64,000 nucleotides of DNA from Enterococcus phage vB_OCPT_CCS1: the sequence record ON113170.1. One strand, given 5' to 3'. The notes under the pieces are model-generated. The model saw only the letters and a list, made by a program, of their open reading frames with translations. It searched no databases and had not been told where the DNA came from. Below are positions 38,559 to 46,373 of the stretch, piece after piece. Position numbers and translations under genes: made by a program. The first letter of the stretch is position 1. Each line of letters opens with the position of its first letter.

Positions 38559-38783
38559 TTATTTAAAAGCTCCAATATATTTAACAGTACCTTTGCATTT
38601 ACGTGCAAAAGCTTCTAGCTCTTTACGAGCACCTAAACGGTCTGGTTGAGAAGACTGTACTGTAACTTCTTTTGGCACAGTAATTTCACGAGTTTTCTTA
38701 ACTGTCTTTCCGTTTTTTAACTTTTGTTCATACTCTTCTGTACGAGTAGAAGTTGTTGAAATAATTCCATAAAATTTAGACAT
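38559..38783 (-). CDS. hypothetical basic protein
   Basis: ORF track 74 aa; RBS CCGGAGGT. Confidence 0.45.
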   Translation of the reverse strand: MSKFYGIISTTSTRTEEYEQKLKNGKTVKKTREITVPKEVTVQSSQPDRLGARKELEAFARKCKGTVKYIGAFK

Positions 38784-38814
38784 GTTATGTGACCTCCGGT
38801 CATTTTATTTTAAT

Positions 38815-38895
38815 GGGGAGTGATGGAGTTGCACCACCCGAGCTTTCGCAACTGATTTACAGTCAGCCCCGCTACTACTTACGGTATAACTCCCC
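38815..38895 (-). tRNA. atypical type-II tRNA-like (anticodon GUA, Tyr?) with noncanonical T loop
   Basis: acceptor GGGGAGT/ACTCCCC 7 bp; anticodon hairpin GCTGA-CTGTAAA-TCAGT; extra arm; T loop reads TGCAACT rather than TTCRANY. Confidence 0.35.
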
Positions 38896-39091
38896 GTATA
38901 AGTATGTATATATCAATACAATGTACAAGAACTTTTAGTGAGGTAGCTCTCATAGTGTATTAATGGGGTACATTGTGTAACTTCAACTAGTATTGCCTCA
39001 CACGTGACTAGTCTTATATACACAATGCCTACATACAACCCGATAGACCACCCTTGGTACGCATATTAAGAGGCGCAGGGTGGTACGAATA

Positions 39092-39162
39092 TATGGATTG
39101 CAGGATTTGAACCCGCACCTTTTTGACGGAAGCCAAAAATACTACCCTTATATTAAATCCAC
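39092..39162 (-). tRNA. tRNA-Gly(UCC)
   Basis: T arm GCGGG-TTCAAAT-CCTGC; acceptor 6/7 + G-U; anticodon loop CTTCCGT; AT-rich D arm. Confidence 0.5.
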
Positions 39163-39282
39163 ATAGTGTTAATAGGCGGGTACCCGACAGCGAAGTATCA
39201 TTCCTGTCTTGTCATTCTCCTATTAACTCCATAATACCTTGCCTAGAGTTGAGCTAGGTCTCACATTTATCGAAGGTACTAA

Positions 39283-39355
39283 TCGGGAAAGCAGGACTTG
39301 AACCTGCGACCCCACGCTCCCAAAGCGTGTGCGCTACCAACTGCGCTATTTCCCG
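39283..39355 (-). tRNA. tRNA-Pro(UGG)
   Basis: acceptor CGGGAAA/TTTCCCG exact; D arm GCGCAGTTGGTAGCGC; anticodon stem CACGC/GCGTG with loop TTTGGGA; T arm GCAGG-TTCAAGT-CCTGC. Confidence 0.8.
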
Positions 39356-39432
39356 TTAACTTATACATACATTATAACACAAACTTACATGCTGTAAACA
39401 ACTATTTGTAAGTTTTTTTAATTTATCCATTC

Positions 39433-39510
39433 GGGACAGTGTGCTTTAACCATTCAGCCACCCGCAGGGGCAACCCGCAGGACGGGAATCGAACCCGTAT
39501 AACACTGTCC
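39433..39510 (-). ncRNA. tRNA-mimic module 3, closed by a 9-bp stem at the anticodon-stem position: YrlA-like Y-RNA candidate
   Basis: GGACAGTGT-tat-ACGGG-TTCGATT-CCCGT (T arm)-CCTGCGGG-ttgcc-CCTGCGGG (8-bp self-complementary hairpin with two G-U)-tg-GCTGAATGGTTAAAGC (D arm)-ACACTGTCC; the terminal 9-bp stem GGACAGTGT/ACACTGTCC encloses the whole unit. Confidence 0.55.
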
Positions 39511-39675
39511 TATTGGATAGGCTTGTGTACCTGTCATCTTCCGATTACACACACCTAGTCTAGTTACCGTACCAATAGATTTGACAGGAATCTAGGGTAA
39601 CGCCCAATATGGTGTTAATTCACCTCGTATTCTGTTACAGGTTTGCAACCCTGAACAAGGATGACCAATCCTAAT

Positions 39676-39743
39676 GATATGCGAGGGGATTTGAACCCCT
39701 ATCTACTTCATAGGTCACTTTATCCACTTAAGCTACGCATACC
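39676..39743 (-). tRNA. irregular tRNA-like element (short; possible pseudogene)
   Basis: canonical T arm AGGGG-TTCAAAT-CCCCT and 7-bp acceptor (one G-U); only ~16 nt between D arm and T arm, so no standard anticodon arm fits. Confidence 0.3.
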
Positions 39744-39799
39744 TATTTAATTTCTAGCTAGGTAACTAAATTCACTGCACCTTGCGCAGAGTACAGCTA

Positions 39800-39872
39800 T
39801 GGAGCATAGCGGACTTGAACCGCTGACATCTACCTTGCAAGGGTAGCGCTCTCCCAACTGAGCTAATGCCCC
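39800..39872 (-). tRNA. tRNA-Ala(UGC)
   Basis: acceptor GGGGCAU with G3:U70 wobble (Ala identity); D arm GCTCAGTTGGGAGAGC; anticodon loop CTTGCAA; T arm AGCGG-TTCAAGT-CCGCT. Confidence 0.85.
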
Positions 39873-39877
39873 GAAAA

Positions 39878-39950
39878 CACCTCCGCTGAGATTTGAACTC
39901 AGAATGCGGGATTAGAAATCCTGTGGTTTATCCAATTAGCCTACGGAGAT
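39878..39950 (-). tRNA. tRNA-Arg(UCU)
   Basis: T arm CTGAG-TTCAAAT-CTCAG; anticodon stem CAGGA/TCCCG with loop TTTCTAA; acceptor 7 bp with one G-U. Confidence 0.7.
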
Positions 39951-39954
39951 ATAC

Positions 39955-40119
39955 TTACTTAAACGGAAGATAAATTGTTTGACCAATTCTAATTTTATTA
40001 GGGTCTTTAATATTCCTATTCTGACCATGTAACCAAATTAGTCTCCATAACCAAGGCTTGCCATAATATTTTCTAGCAATAGAATACAATGTGTCACCTT
40101 TTTTAACTGTGTATTTCAT
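39955..40119 (-). CDS. small LysM-domain protein (54 aa)
   Basis: MKYTVKKGDTLYSIARKYYG...IGQTIYLP is a LysM consensus; RBS AGGGGG; below ORF-track cutoff. Confidence 0.45.
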   Translation of the reverse strand: MKYTVKKGDTLYSIARKYYGKPWLWRLIWLHGQNRNIKDPNKIRIGQTIYLPFK

Positions 40120-40148
40120 AACAATTACCCCCTAATTTATAAATATGG

Positions 40149-40517
40149 CTATATATAGGATACTCCTGTAAACAATTCAATTGCTTCAATTTCAGTATGG
40201 AAGTTTTCCCATTCTAAACATTCATAGAAATCTTGTAAGATATGCTTGTCTTTCCTGTAAACAGTCTCACCTTTATGGGCTTTCTCACAGATTTCTCTAA
40301 CAGCATCCACATTATATTTACCACCAGTTTTATACTGTTCTAAACCAGAATCTAGTAAAACTCGTTGTACTTCTTCACTCTTATCTCCTGCTTTCCAAGA
40401 GTCAAAAGCTTTATCATACAATGTATCTTCCATGTTTTCACCTTCTACTTCCATGATTGATTGAATAAATCTTTGCCACTTAGAAGGCTCTTTGTGTTTA
40501 CCTTTACGAAAACTCAT
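40149..40517 (-). CDS. hypothetical protein
   Basis: ORF track 122 aa; RBS GGAGG upstream. Confidence 0.5.
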   Translation of the reverse strand: MSFRKGKHKEPSKWQRFIQSIMEVEGENMEDTLYDKAFDSWKAGDKSEEVQRVLLDSGLEQYKTGGKYNVDAVREICEKAHKGETVYRKDKHILQDFYECLEWENFHTEIEAIELFTGVSYI

Positions 40518-40543
40518 TATTAGCCTCCATTATCTTTAATGAA

Positions 40544-40630
40544 CCGAGGAGGAGGGACTCGAACCCCCAAACGCTTTTACACGTCTACATGATTTCAAAT
40601 CACGCTGAATACCAGTTATGATACTCCCCG
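40544..40630 (-). tRNA. tRNA-Ser(UGA), type II
   Basis: 87 nt; acceptor CGGGGAG pairs CTCCTCG with G-U; anticodon loop TTTGAAA; long variable arm; T arm GGGGG-TTCGAGT-CCCTC. Confidence 0.65.
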
Positions 40631-40741
40631 AAAAAGAAACTGATTGACTAGTACTGTTAGTTGACTAGTCAACCGGAACTACTTAAACCGAACTCTTTAA
40701 ACAGCTTTAGTAGTTATTATTTAGGTTTTTAAATAAACAAC

Positions 40742-41002
40742 TTACCAAAACCAAACTAGATTTAATGCTAGTCGTTTACTAATAATAGGTGATTTTCTAT
40801 GTCTAACCGATTTAAACTTACGTACATTCCCCTTATATGGTGTAAAGTCAATCTTACAAGGTTCAACATAATTAAATTTACGGTTAGCTCGTTTAATTAC
40901 TGCTTGCTTTTGTTTAGAAGCTTTAATTTCTTTTTCAAATGCTTCTTTTTCAATGTTGTTAGCTATGGTTGCTAAATGTTCAGTCATAAAGCTCATGTCC
41001 AT
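40742..41002 (-). CDS. hypothetical basic protein
   Basis: ORF track 86 aa between two tRNA-Ser genes; RBS AGGAGAGATG. Confidence 0.4.
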   Translation of the reverse strand: MDMSFMTEHLATIANNIEKEAFEKEIKASKQKQAVIKRANRKFNYVEPCKIDFTPYKGNVRKFKSVRHRKSPIISKRLALNLVWFW

Positions 41003-41019
41003 CTCTCCTTACACGTTCT

Positions 41020-41106
41020 ATGGAAGGCATGGGATTCGAACCCACACATGCTGTTACACATCTACTTGGTTTCCAACCAAGCCTCTTTACCGTTTGAGTA
41101 ACCTTC
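41020..41106 (-). tRNA. tRNA-Ser(GGA), type II
   Basis: 87 nt; acceptor GGAAGGT/GCCTTCC; D stem CTC/GAG 3 bp; anticodon stem CTTGG/CCAAG with loop TTGGAAA; long variable arm; T arm GTGGG-TTCGAAT-CCCAT. Confidence 0.75.
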
Positions 41107-41202
41107 CGTCTTGGGAGCAGGCGGGTTTGTGTCAAGTACACAATACCTAATCTTCTGTGCATGTTGTTCCCTAGGCTTTATGCACACCCTACTATCTGCA
41201 TA

Positions 41203-41388
41203 CTAACAGACCTGCCAATTTTCTAACACTTTTTCTAATGCTTCGTATGGACACATTACTGTCTTACCGTGAACACCATGTATTCTCAAAATAATATAAT
41301 GTTCATTTATCTCAGAGGTAACAAAGTATATCTTGTCTTTCACTAAACCTAAACTTCCGTTTAAACCAATGAATTTTAAATACATCAT
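41203..41388 (-). CDS. hypothetical protein
   Basis: ORF track 61 aa; RBS AAGGAGGT. Confidence 0.4.
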   Translation of the reverse strand: MMYLKFIGLNGSLGLVKDKIYFVTSEINEHYIILRIHGVHGKTVMCPYEALEKVLENWQVC

Positions 41389-42132
41389 GTTACCTCCTTA
41401 TTATGTATAACCCATGAAGCATCATGGGGGGACTGTAGTATGCCCAACCTGCGGGGATGCTCCGCTCTGAATCCGTAGAAATCAGCCACAATTCGATATT
41501 TATTTAATGAAAAAATTAGATAGGATTCGACTGCTTGACAAAGGCAGTCTATGGAGTAGACGGGACTCGAACCCGTGTCCTAACGTAGAACCATACAAAA
41601 TTCTACGGGCGTAGTTACTAGTTTTAATCTACGTTAAGGTTACAACTAATAACTGAAATTACCTTAACTGAGTGGTAAAGCCTCTCCTGAGTTATCCACT
41701 TTTACCTCAGCGTTGTCGGTTGATGAGTCCTCTAGGTAGAACCGACCCTAGTCTAGAGGGGTAAGTGTGTAGCTAGTCTAAAACTAGGCTACAGCTAATA
41801 ATTCTTCGTTTTTAGCAGTTATATTTACTGCGATGATTAAGTCATCACTCTGCCCGCTATTCATATACTCCTTACGCCAGTCGAAACCAAAACTACCCCA
41901 ACATAAGAATTTCTTTTGACTAACCCTACCCTTCCGGCAGGGTCTAATCAAAAGTATACAATTAAAAAAATGAAAATGAGTTACGGAAAATGTAACGTCT
42001 CCACCACCGGACTATAAGGGTAAGTTGTTCCGGTCTTTAACCTAAGTACTTTACTTAAATCTAACAGGACAGCCTTCATTACGTAAACTACTTAACCATG
42101 TAAAACGTAAAGGTCAATTTCCGTTGACCTAA

Positions 42133-42206
42133 TGCAAGAGGGGGGATTCGAACCCCCACTGAATAGATTCTAAGTCTACTTCCTCTGCCAGTTGGGATAC
42201 TCTCGC
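42133..42206 (-). tRNA. tRNA with anticodon UAG (Leu by anticodon; short variable arm, atypical D arm)
   Basis: perfect T arm GGGGG-TTCGAAT-CCCCC; acceptor 7 bp with one G-U; anticodon hairpin GTAGA-CTTAGAA-TCTAT. Confidence 0.5.
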
Positions 42207-42291
42207 ATAATAACAGCCCTACCCAACCGCTGTTCTGCTAGCATATAGCTTGCAGGCTTTTTATCTGTGTTATAAAAACCAGAAAGGCTAT

Positions 42292-42375
42292 ACGGGTAAC
42301 AGGAGTCGAACCTGCATGTCACAAGGGACAATGGATTTTAAGTCCACAGCGTATACCAGTTCCGCCATACCCGCA
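42292..42375 (-). tRNA. tRNA-Leu(UAA), type II
   Basis: 84 nt; acceptor GCGGGTA/TACCCGT (G-U); anticodon loop CTTAAAA; variable hairpin TGTC-ACAAGG-GACA; T arm GCAGG-TTCGACT-CCTGT. Confidence 0.75.
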
Positions 42376-42552
42376 TAATCACTTTTTAAACTAGATTATT
42401 TATGATTTCCCACTTCTGAAAAAAATACCACTTTATATATCAACATTTTTCTTATGAATGGGTTAAGATATGTTTTAACGAAAAAGAGGCTAAAAGAGTA
42501 TTTCCTCAAAATTTTTTGTCAAGTTAATCTAGTAAGGAAAAGTGTAACCTTA

Positions 42553-42624
42553 TGTGACTGCTCAGAATCGAACTGAGATTCATGTTTCCACAGAACACTG
42601 CCTTACCGTTAGGCTACAGTCACC
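42553..42624 (-). tRNA. tRNA-His(GUG)
   Basis: acceptor GTGACTG/CAGTCAC exact with an extra encoded 5' G (G-1, His hallmark); anticodon loop CTGTGGA; T arm CTCAG-TTCGATT-CTGAG. Confidence 0.8.
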
Positions 42625-42647
42625 ATCATGTGTTCCTTACAAGAATT

Positions 42648-42676
42648 ACTATACAGCATCTTGTAAGGAAAGTCAA
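42648..42676 (-). promoter_or_regulatory. promoter (gtgTTGACTT-N17-TATAGT) preceding tRNA-His
   Basis: motif match; drives the tRNA sub-cluster. Confidence 0.5.
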
Positions 42677-42695
42677 CACTTAAATGTAATTTTAT

Positions 42696-42917
42696 TTAAA
42701 AAAGTTTTGATGAATCTAATTGAGAGAAACTTTCAGGTAGAGAACCTAGTTCTTCCATATACTCTTGGTCAATCTCATAAACAGATAACTCGGTTACTTC
42801 GTTTTCAATAGTAAGTTTCATTGCTTCTGCTGTTTGTATACTGTGTCCTTCTATTTGAAGTTTATCATCAAGATAAATACCTTCCCAGTCTTCTGCAACT
42901 ACATAGTCTGCTTTCAA
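42696..42917 (-). CDS. hypothetical acidic protein
   Basis: ORF track 73 aa. Confidence 0.4.
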   Translation of the reverse strand: MKADYVVAEDWEGIYLDDKLQIEGHSIQTAEAMKLTIENEVTELSVYEIDQEYMEELGSLPESFSQLDSSKLF

Positions 42918-42925
42918 GATATTAC

Positions 42926-43177
42926 CTACTTTCTTCTCAATTTCTGATAAAAATTATTATTCTTGTAATCATCCTCGTGGGCATAGAATTTTTTCATGTC
43001 ATATGTCCAACAAGTTTCTTCTACTCGTTTATGATGTGTCAATGTTACTTCGTCATCAAAACAACCTTGATTTAATTTATGCCTGTAATTTCTATTAACC
43101 ATTCTTTTTATATCTCGAACAGTTGAATCTTTCATACAAACATAACGGTAATAGGGTTTTCTGTAACTTCTACTCAT
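42926..43177 (-). CDS. hypothetical basic protein
   Basis: ORF track 83 aa; RBS AGGAGGACTTAC. Confidence 0.4.
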   Translation of the reverse strand: MSRSYRKPYYRYVCMKDSTVRDIKRMVNRNYRHKLNQGCFDDEVTLTHHKRVEETCWTYDMKKFYAHEDDYKNNNFYQKLRRK

Positions 43178-43331
43178 TGTAAGTCCTCCTTAATAGATAC
43201 TTACAATTTAGACAATACTTTCTTCACAGGAACCACTCCTTATTAATAAAAGCTACCTCCCGAAAAACGTTTCTTCACCAAAGTGTAAGACGTAAACTAA
43301 CGACAGGTCATAGTTTTCCAATTAAGGCAAA

Positions 43332-43405
43332 TACCAGTGAGAGGATTTGAACCTCTGACACCCGCCTTATCAAGACGATGCTCTAACCAACTGAGCTACA
43401 CTGGT
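43332..43405 (-). tRNA. tRNA-Ile(GAU)
   Basis: acceptor ACCAGTG/CACTGGT exact; D arm GCTCAGTTGGTTAGAGC; anticodon loop TTGATAA; T arm AGAGG-TTCAAAT-CCTCT. Confidence 0.8.
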
Positions 43406-43558
43406 GTGACCCATGTGTCAGGACTTTCACCTGTTCTCGGGGTGCCCCGCCTCTCTACTAATCTCCTCATTCGGTGCCCCTACTAGAGTGACTAGAGATA
43501 GTTAGCAATAAAAATTATATATCATGAATCAAATTTTTACTGCATCCTATATACACGA

Positions 43559-43630
43559 TACCGTCTACAGGATTTGAACCTGTGACATCCACCTTGTAAG
43601 GGTGACGTTCTCCCACTGAACTAAGACGGT
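43559..43630 (-). tRNA. tRNA-Val(UAC)
   Basis: acceptor ACCGTCT/AGACGGT exact; D arm GTTCAGTGGGAGAAC; anticodon loop CTTACAA; T arm ACAGG-TTCAAAT-CCTGT. Confidence 0.75.
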
Positions 43631-43759
43631 GAAATATGGAACCCTACCAGAGGATTTCTTTCGGTATTACAGTCACCTCGGCATGAACAAAGCCAGATAT
43701 TGAGGTCTGGACTTCTCACGCCCCGGGAGTCGAACCCAGTATAGACAAACCATATTTTA

Positions 43760-43854
43760 TACGGAAGACAGGATTCGAACCTGCGATATAGGAGTTTTAG
43801 TGCACTTATTGTCTCCACGGTATCCGTTGCGTATGCCCTACACGCCACTTCCGT
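43760..43854 (-). tRNA. long (95 nt) tRNA-like element, unassigned
   Basis: canonical T arm GCAGG-TTCGAAT-CCTGT with exact 7-bp acceptor ACGGAAG/CTTCCGT; D-arm-like GCGTGTAGGGCATACGC; ~44 nt between D and T arms (long variable arm or insertion); anticodon not resolved. Confidence 0.35.
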
Positions 43855-43861
43855 ATGTTAA

Positions 43862-43934
43862 CCGACAGTAAAGGAATCGAACCTCTATCACTAGATTCGT
43901 AGTCTAGTATCCTATCCAATTGAACGAACTGTCG
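43862..43934 (-). tRNA. tRNA-Arg(ACG)
   Basis: acceptor CGACAGT/ACTGTCG exact; anticodon stem CTAGA/TCTAG with loop CTACGAA; T arm AGAGG-TTCGATT-CCTTT. Confidence 0.75.
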
Positions 43935-44027
43935 CTCTAGGCTAGCAATTACGCAGACTGACTATGGGCACCTTCGTCCCGTCCCCTGTAAGTGCCCTCC
44001 TACAGGTTGTCCGTGGCACCGCAATGT

Positions 44028-44101
44028 ACTAACCGATGTCCCCACAGGGATTTGAACCCCGAACCTCCCGATTAAAAGTCGGGTGCTCTAGCCGATTGAG
44101 C
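44028..44101 (-). tRNA. tRNA-Lys(UUU)
   Basis: D arm GCTCAATCGGCTAGAGC; anticodon stem CCCGA/TCGGG with loop CTTTTAA; T arm CGGGG-TTCAAAT-CCCTG; acceptor 7 bp with two G-U. Confidence 0.8.
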
Positions 44102-44167
44102 TATGAAGACAGTTGTGTTTTTCAAGATAACCCTCTCGAAAAACCGTTACTAATAGAAAAACTAAGG

Positions 44168-44241
44168 GTCTCGACTGACAGATTTGAACTGCCTGCTCCT
44201 CCTAAGAGGCGTGTTACCAAAGCCATACACCAACTCTTCGA
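44168..44241 (-). tRNA. degenerate tRNA-like element (possible pseudogene)
   Basis: good T arm GGCAG-TTCAAAT-CTGTC but the acceptor pairs only 5/7 and no convincing D or anticodon arm. Confidence 0.25.
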
Positions 44242-44243
44242 GA

Positions 44244-44317
44244 ATATCCCCTACAGGATTCGAACCTGTGACCCCCTGATTAAGAGTCAGGTGCTACCAC
44301 CAACTGAGCTAAGGAGA
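44244..44317 (-). tRNA. tRNA-Lys(CUU)
   Basis: T arm ACAGG-TTCGAAT-CCTGT exact; D arm GCTCAGTTGGTGGTAGC; anticodon stem CCTGA/TCAGG with loop CTCTTAA; acceptor with one G-U. Confidence 0.6.
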
Positions 44318-44330
44318 TAAGATTACCAAT

Positions 44331-44406
44331 AGCTAGTTAAGCCTTACGGAATCGAACCGCCATGAGGTTATGAAGCTCACATAGACCACTAGACACAAAA
44401 CTAGCT
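44331..44406 (-). tRNA. noncanonical tRNA-like element (7-nt insertion between T arm and acceptor)
   Basis: perfect 7-bp terminal stem AGCTAGT/ACTAGCT and T-arm-like GGCGG-TTCGATT-CCGTA, but 7 extra nt (AAGGCTT) separate the T arm from the 3' acceptor strand; D arm weak. Confidence 0.3.
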
Positions 44407-44501
44407 TATTGATAAAATTCTATATAGATAATTGTATGCAATGTTCGCACTAACTAACCAGATAACTAGCCAATCATTCAAAACATTAATTTGTGAGTTT
44501 C

Positions 44502-44573
44502 CGCTCACAATGCTGATTGAGAGAATCGAACTCCCATTCCCGGGTTACAAAGCCGGAGTAATAGCCGTTATAC
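44502..44573 (-). tRNA. tRNA-Thr(UGU)
   Basis: acceptor GCTGATT/AATCAGC exact; anticodon stem CCGG/CCGG with loop TTTGTAA; T arm GGGAG-TTCGATT-CTCTC. Confidence 0.7.
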
Positions 44574-44607
44574 TAAATCAGCGTAACCCCTCAATAGAGG
44601 GGAATTA

Positions 44608-45699
44608 TTATACTAGGTTACCATACCCGTAGGTATTTGTTTGAGCTTGTTTAAACATGATGCTCTTGATAGTTAAGTCGTTGTACTTTTCATCGTCTTC
44701 ATCATCAAGGTACACATCAACGTTAACGTTCTTACCGGAAATACCGATTGTTTCGTCTTTACCAACTGTTAAGTCTTTACTGTTGAATGATACATCAAAG
44801 TAGATGCTATCTTCTTTTGTACGACTACCGAACGAAACTCTGTCACCGAATAAATCTAAGCTTCGAGAGTTGATTACAACAGGTTGTAACCCACCTTCGA
44901 ATTGAATAGTTACTGTGTAATATTGATTTTCAATATTAAGGATGTTTAAGTCAGCAATAGCTTCACCAAATGGGATACCAAAGTTTAATTCCAACGCAAT
45001 AGCTCGTAAGCAGTCATAATTTAACTTAATTCTACGGCTAAACTTAACAACACTGTCAATTTCACCATAGTAAGCTTCGTCTAACTTATCTTGCAAGTAA
45101 GTACGAATTTCATCTGCATCAGGATATTCGAAACGTAAATGGTAATGAAAACGTCCCGGACGGTTAAGCATAAAGTCATTTACACGATTTAAGCTATTAA
45201 CAGTAAGAGCGTAGATACGTTTACGTTGTGATAAACCATCGAATAAGCTCAATAGTTTTTCTTGTGGTTCACGACCGTCACGGTCATTGAATACTTTTTC
45301 AAACTCATCGAACAGGATAAGAGACTCTTGGTCAATACTGTCAATAAATTCTGCAATCCCCGGATAAGCTTCTGTAATTAAGATAACAGGCATACCCTCT
45401 TCAATAGCTCGTTGAGATAAGATTTGAGTAAATAGTGATTTACCAATCCCTTTGTCTCCACTTAAAATGATTCCTAAGCTACGATTAATTGTTTTAAATG
45501 TGTGTAGCACTTTTTCAATTTTAGCTAAACGGTCACCGTAAACTTTAGGTTCTTTCAAATCAAAATCGTCTGTTACTACTAGCGAGAACCCTGACATTTG
45601 ATTGAACCGAACTTTATAAGTTTGCGCAGGTAACTTATCATAAGTTTTAAGGTCGTTTGCATAAATTTCATAGTTACTACCATAGTTGATTACTTTCAT
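44608..45699 (-). CDS. AAA+ ATPase
   Basis: Walker A SGDKGIGKS, Walker B LILFDEFE, sensor/Arg-finger region NRPGRFHYHLRF; start moved to MKVINYG (RBS AAGGGG) because the longer ORF-track start overlaps tRNA-Phe. Confidence 0.7.
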   Translation of the reverse strand: MKVINYGSNYEIYANDLKTYDKLPAQTYKVRFNQMSGFSLVVTDDFDLKEPKVYGDRLAKIEKVLHTFKTINRSLGIILSGDKGIGKSLFTQILSQRAIEEGMPVILITEAYPGIAEFIDSIDQESLILFDEFEKVFNDRDGREPQEKLLSLFDGLSQRKRIYALTVNSLNRVNDFMLNRPGRFHYHLRFEYPDADEIRTYLQDKLDEAYYGEIDSVVKFSRRIKLNYDCLRAIALELNFGIPFGEAIADLNILNIENQYYTVTIQFEGGLQPVVINSRSLDLFGDRVSFGSRTKEDSIYFDVSFNSKDLTVGKDETIGISGKNVNVDVYLDDEDDEKYNDLTIKSIMFKQAQTNTYGYGNLV

Positions 45700-45738
45700 A
45701 AATATTCCCCTTATTCGTGTTTTACTAGCATTTGCTAA

Positions 45739-45812
45739 TGGAGAGGGGTGGAATTGAACCACCGACCCCTAGGGTTTCAATCTAGTGCTCTAACCTACTG
45801 AGCTACCTCTCC
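45739..45812 (-). tRNA. tRNA-Phe(GAA)
   Basis: acceptor GGAGAGG/CCTCTCC exact; D arm GCTCAGTAGGTTAGAGC; anticodon loop TTGAAAC; T arm GGTGG-TTCAATT-CCACC. Confidence 0.75.
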
Positions 45813-45943
45813 GTGTCAATTTGGACTTATCCCCCACGTGGTTACTAAGATAAGTCCTATGCCTTTGAAGTGTGGATACTCAAAAATGAGTACAGGTACT
45901 AAAAATCTGATGACAAGTCAGATTTATATCATAAGCAGAAGGT

Positions 45944-46015
45944 GAGATTCGAACTCACATTCAGGGGTTTGCAATCCCTAGCCTTAACCACTTGGCTACT
46001 TCCGCAATATCAAAA
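45944..46015 (-). tRNA. tRNA-Cys(GCA)
   Basis: D arm GCCAAGTGGTTAAGGC; anticodon stem AGGGA/TCCCT with loop TTGCAAA; T arm GTGAG-TTCGAAT-CTCAC. Confidence 0.8.
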
Positions 46016-46027
46016 TACACGCTGTGA

Positions 46028-46099
46028 AGGATTCGAACCCCCGTCTTCCGGGTTGGAGCCGGAAATGATAGCCACTACACCAACAGCGCAAGATTCGGA
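46028..46099 (-). tRNA. tRNA-Trp(CCA)
   Basis: anticodon stem TCCGG/CCGGA with loop CTCCAAC; T arm GGGGG-TTCGAAT-CCTTC; acceptor with terminal G-U. Confidence 0.75.
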
Positions 46100-46226
46100 G
46101 GGGAGGGACTAGCAACCCTCCGAAAGATGTAAGATAATGAGAGATTAAAACATACCACTATTAAAAGTGGAATAGGTAATTAAGGATTCGAACCTTACAA
46201 GCCCTTACTGCTTACCTTGTAAACTT

Positions 46227-46255
46227 ATAGTATCATGTGTTGTACCGAAAGTCAA
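46227..46255 (-). promoter_or_regulatory. promoter (gtgTTGACTT-N17-TACTAT) preceding tRNA-Trp/Cys/Phe
   Basis: motif match. Confidence 0.45.
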
Positions 46256-46300
46256 CACTTTTTATAAAAATAATAGGGAGAAATATTTCTCCCTAAAAAA

Positions 46301-46373
46301 TGGACTACTTGGGAATCGAACCCAAACCTGTCAGTTATGAGCTGACGGCTCTGACCTACTGAGCTAATAGTCC
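46301..46373 (-). tRNA. tRNA-Met(CAU), elongator-type (could be the lysidine Ile2 tRNA)
   Basis: D arm GCTCAGTAGGTCAGAGC; anticodon stem GTCAG/CTGAC with loop CTCATAA; T arm TTGGG-TTCGATT-CCCAA; no initiator features (no C1:A72, no GGG/CCC anticodon stem). Confidence 0.8.

Noticed and set aside
46173-46217. Perfect T-arm-like palindrome TAAGG-ATTCGAA-CCTTA at 46181-46197 with adjacent hairpins
   Set aside because: The only complementary acceptor candidate would make a 45-nt molecule, and no D or anticodon arm is present. Left as an unassigned hairpin (mentioned under the tRNA-array finding).
46301-46303. TGG immediately before the acceptor of tRNA-Met (and at 47987-47989 before tRNA-Ser) considered as encoded CCA
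   Set aside because: With the T arm fixed, the 7-bp acceptor begins inside or directly after the TGG, so the register does not leave room for CCA. None of the tRNAs appears to encode CCA.
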